This document shows positions 46,457 to 47,642 of a DNA stretch of 47,642 nucleotides, one piece after another (position 1 is the stretch's first letter; every line of letters begins with the position of its first letter). Source of the DNA: Octopus bimaculoides (lineage: Eukaryota); contig NC_069004.1 of assembly GCF_001194135.2 (NCBI RefSeq), positions 7,373,424 through 7,421,065 on the forward strand. Reading direction: 5' to 3'. Below the pieces are notes generated by a model. It did not search any database. It saw nothing but the letters and a program-made list of their open reading frames with translations, and was not told the origin of the DNA. The position numbers and the translations under genes are program-made.

Positions 46457-46493
46457 TGTTTCTGAAGAAGAGCTTTGCTCGAAACGTAAAACA
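46457..46493 (+). ncRNA. Minimal type I hammerhead ribozyme motif
   Basis: UGUUU-CUGAAGA-A-GAGC(UUU)GCUC-GAAA-CG-UA-AAACA: intact core, 4-bp stem II, 5-bp stem I. Confidence 0.75.
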
Positions 46494-46754
46494 CCCTTTC
46501 TTTCCTTCTCTGAGCGTCTTATTCATATTTTGCATGCAGCACTTCCTTGCGTTGTTGTTGTTTTCTTTCTTGTCCTATTTTTCTCCGTTTTTTTAAAATT
46601 ATATATGTATGTCATTATTTTCTGGTAAGACGTTGTGCATTTATCGTTTGATGATTGCTTTAGACATTCGAGTTAATGTATTATGACTAACGAGTTAATG
46701 TATTACGACTAACGGGTTATATCATTAAATATATTTCATATCACTGCTCTTAAT

Positions 46755-47070
46755 GAGAACTTTGATTTTCTCTATGCAAACACCTATTAACTATTGTCTG
46801 CTTATCTGTCTGTATGTCTGTCTGTTTATCTATCTGCCTGCTTGCCTGTCTGTCTATCTAGCTATCTATTTATCTGTCTATCTATCTATCTGTCTGTCTG
46901 TTTATCTATCTCTCTATCAGTCGGTCTATCTATCTGTCTATCTATCAGTCGGTCTGTCTGTTTGTTTATCTGTCTTTCTATATCCATCTATCTATCTATC
47001 TATCTATCAGTCGGTCTGTCTGTTTATCCATCTATCTATCTATCCGTCTGTCTGTCTGTATGTCTAAATA
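46755..47070. repeat. (TCTA)n/(TCTG)n compound microsatellite
   Basis: Direct reading. Confidence 0.9.
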
Positions 47071-47642
47071 CCGCCCCCCCCTCACACACACACGTATATA
47101 ATTACATTTAATGATTGCATGTTGCCTAACAGTTGATTGACGAAAACATGTTTGCATTACAGACTGTATCGTGTGTACACAGAGAGATGAAAGCGGAGGA
47201 TGATACGAGCGCTGACTCTCAACATATTTATCTTCCGACGAATGCATTATACTTTCTATAATCGATCCCTTTAAATGTAAATACTCACATGTATGCCTAC
47301 ATACATACATACATACATACATACATAAACACGTATACATGCGCATATATACATATATATATAAATGCATATATACGTACATATATATATATATATATAT
47401 TACGATATATTTAAGCATGCATTATGTATATGCATATGATGTATATTTATATATATATATGTATATGCATGGTTATATATATGTAAATACATATGTATGT
47501 ACATATATGCATTATCTGCGCATATACATACGCAGATACACACACACACACACACACGATGTATATATATGTAAATATGTATTTACGTATATATACATAT
47601 ATATGTATGTATGCATATCTCTCTCTCTCTCTCTCTCTCTAT

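Noticed and set aside
46753-47642. Leu/Ser/Tyr-rich ORFs and a possible second gene at the window end
   Set aside because: Tetranucleotide and (TA)n/(CA)n microsatellites; no recognisable exon

Overview
Eukaryotic, AT- and microsatellite-rich genomic DNA with five N-gaps. The repeat families and microsatellite density suggest an octopus or other coleoid cephalopod (inference). The window holds the 3' two-thirds of one + strand gene, DNAJC13/RME-8. I traced 34 GT-AG coding exons (71..38205) whose phases chain without a break: 4512 nt, 1503 aa plus TGA. They include the four IWN-type motifs, the GYF-like region, the J-domain (HPD) and the ARM-rich C-terminus; the 5' exons lie upstream of the window. 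Introns and the 3' flank are packed with tRNA-headed SINEs (at least three families), 3' ends of an RTE-clade LINE with (GAT)n tails, several MITEs, minisatellites and long microsatellites. The most interesting unexplained structure is: (i) a candidate 9/12-nt microexon at 24082-24093, beside a long (CTA/CCA)n tract whose reverse-complement (TAG/TGG)n tract lies just before the next acceptor; (ii) two hammerhead-ribozyme motifs and a half-motif palindrome in Penelope-like sequence downstream of the gene; (iii) an in-frame duplicated splice acceptor, a TE-derived in-frame cassette-exon candidate and a recursive-splice-like exon; (iv) many intronic hairpins and inverted repeat pairs that could be ADAR or back-splicing substrates. 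Repeat boundaries are approximate, and human-sequence comparisons are from memory, not from a database search.
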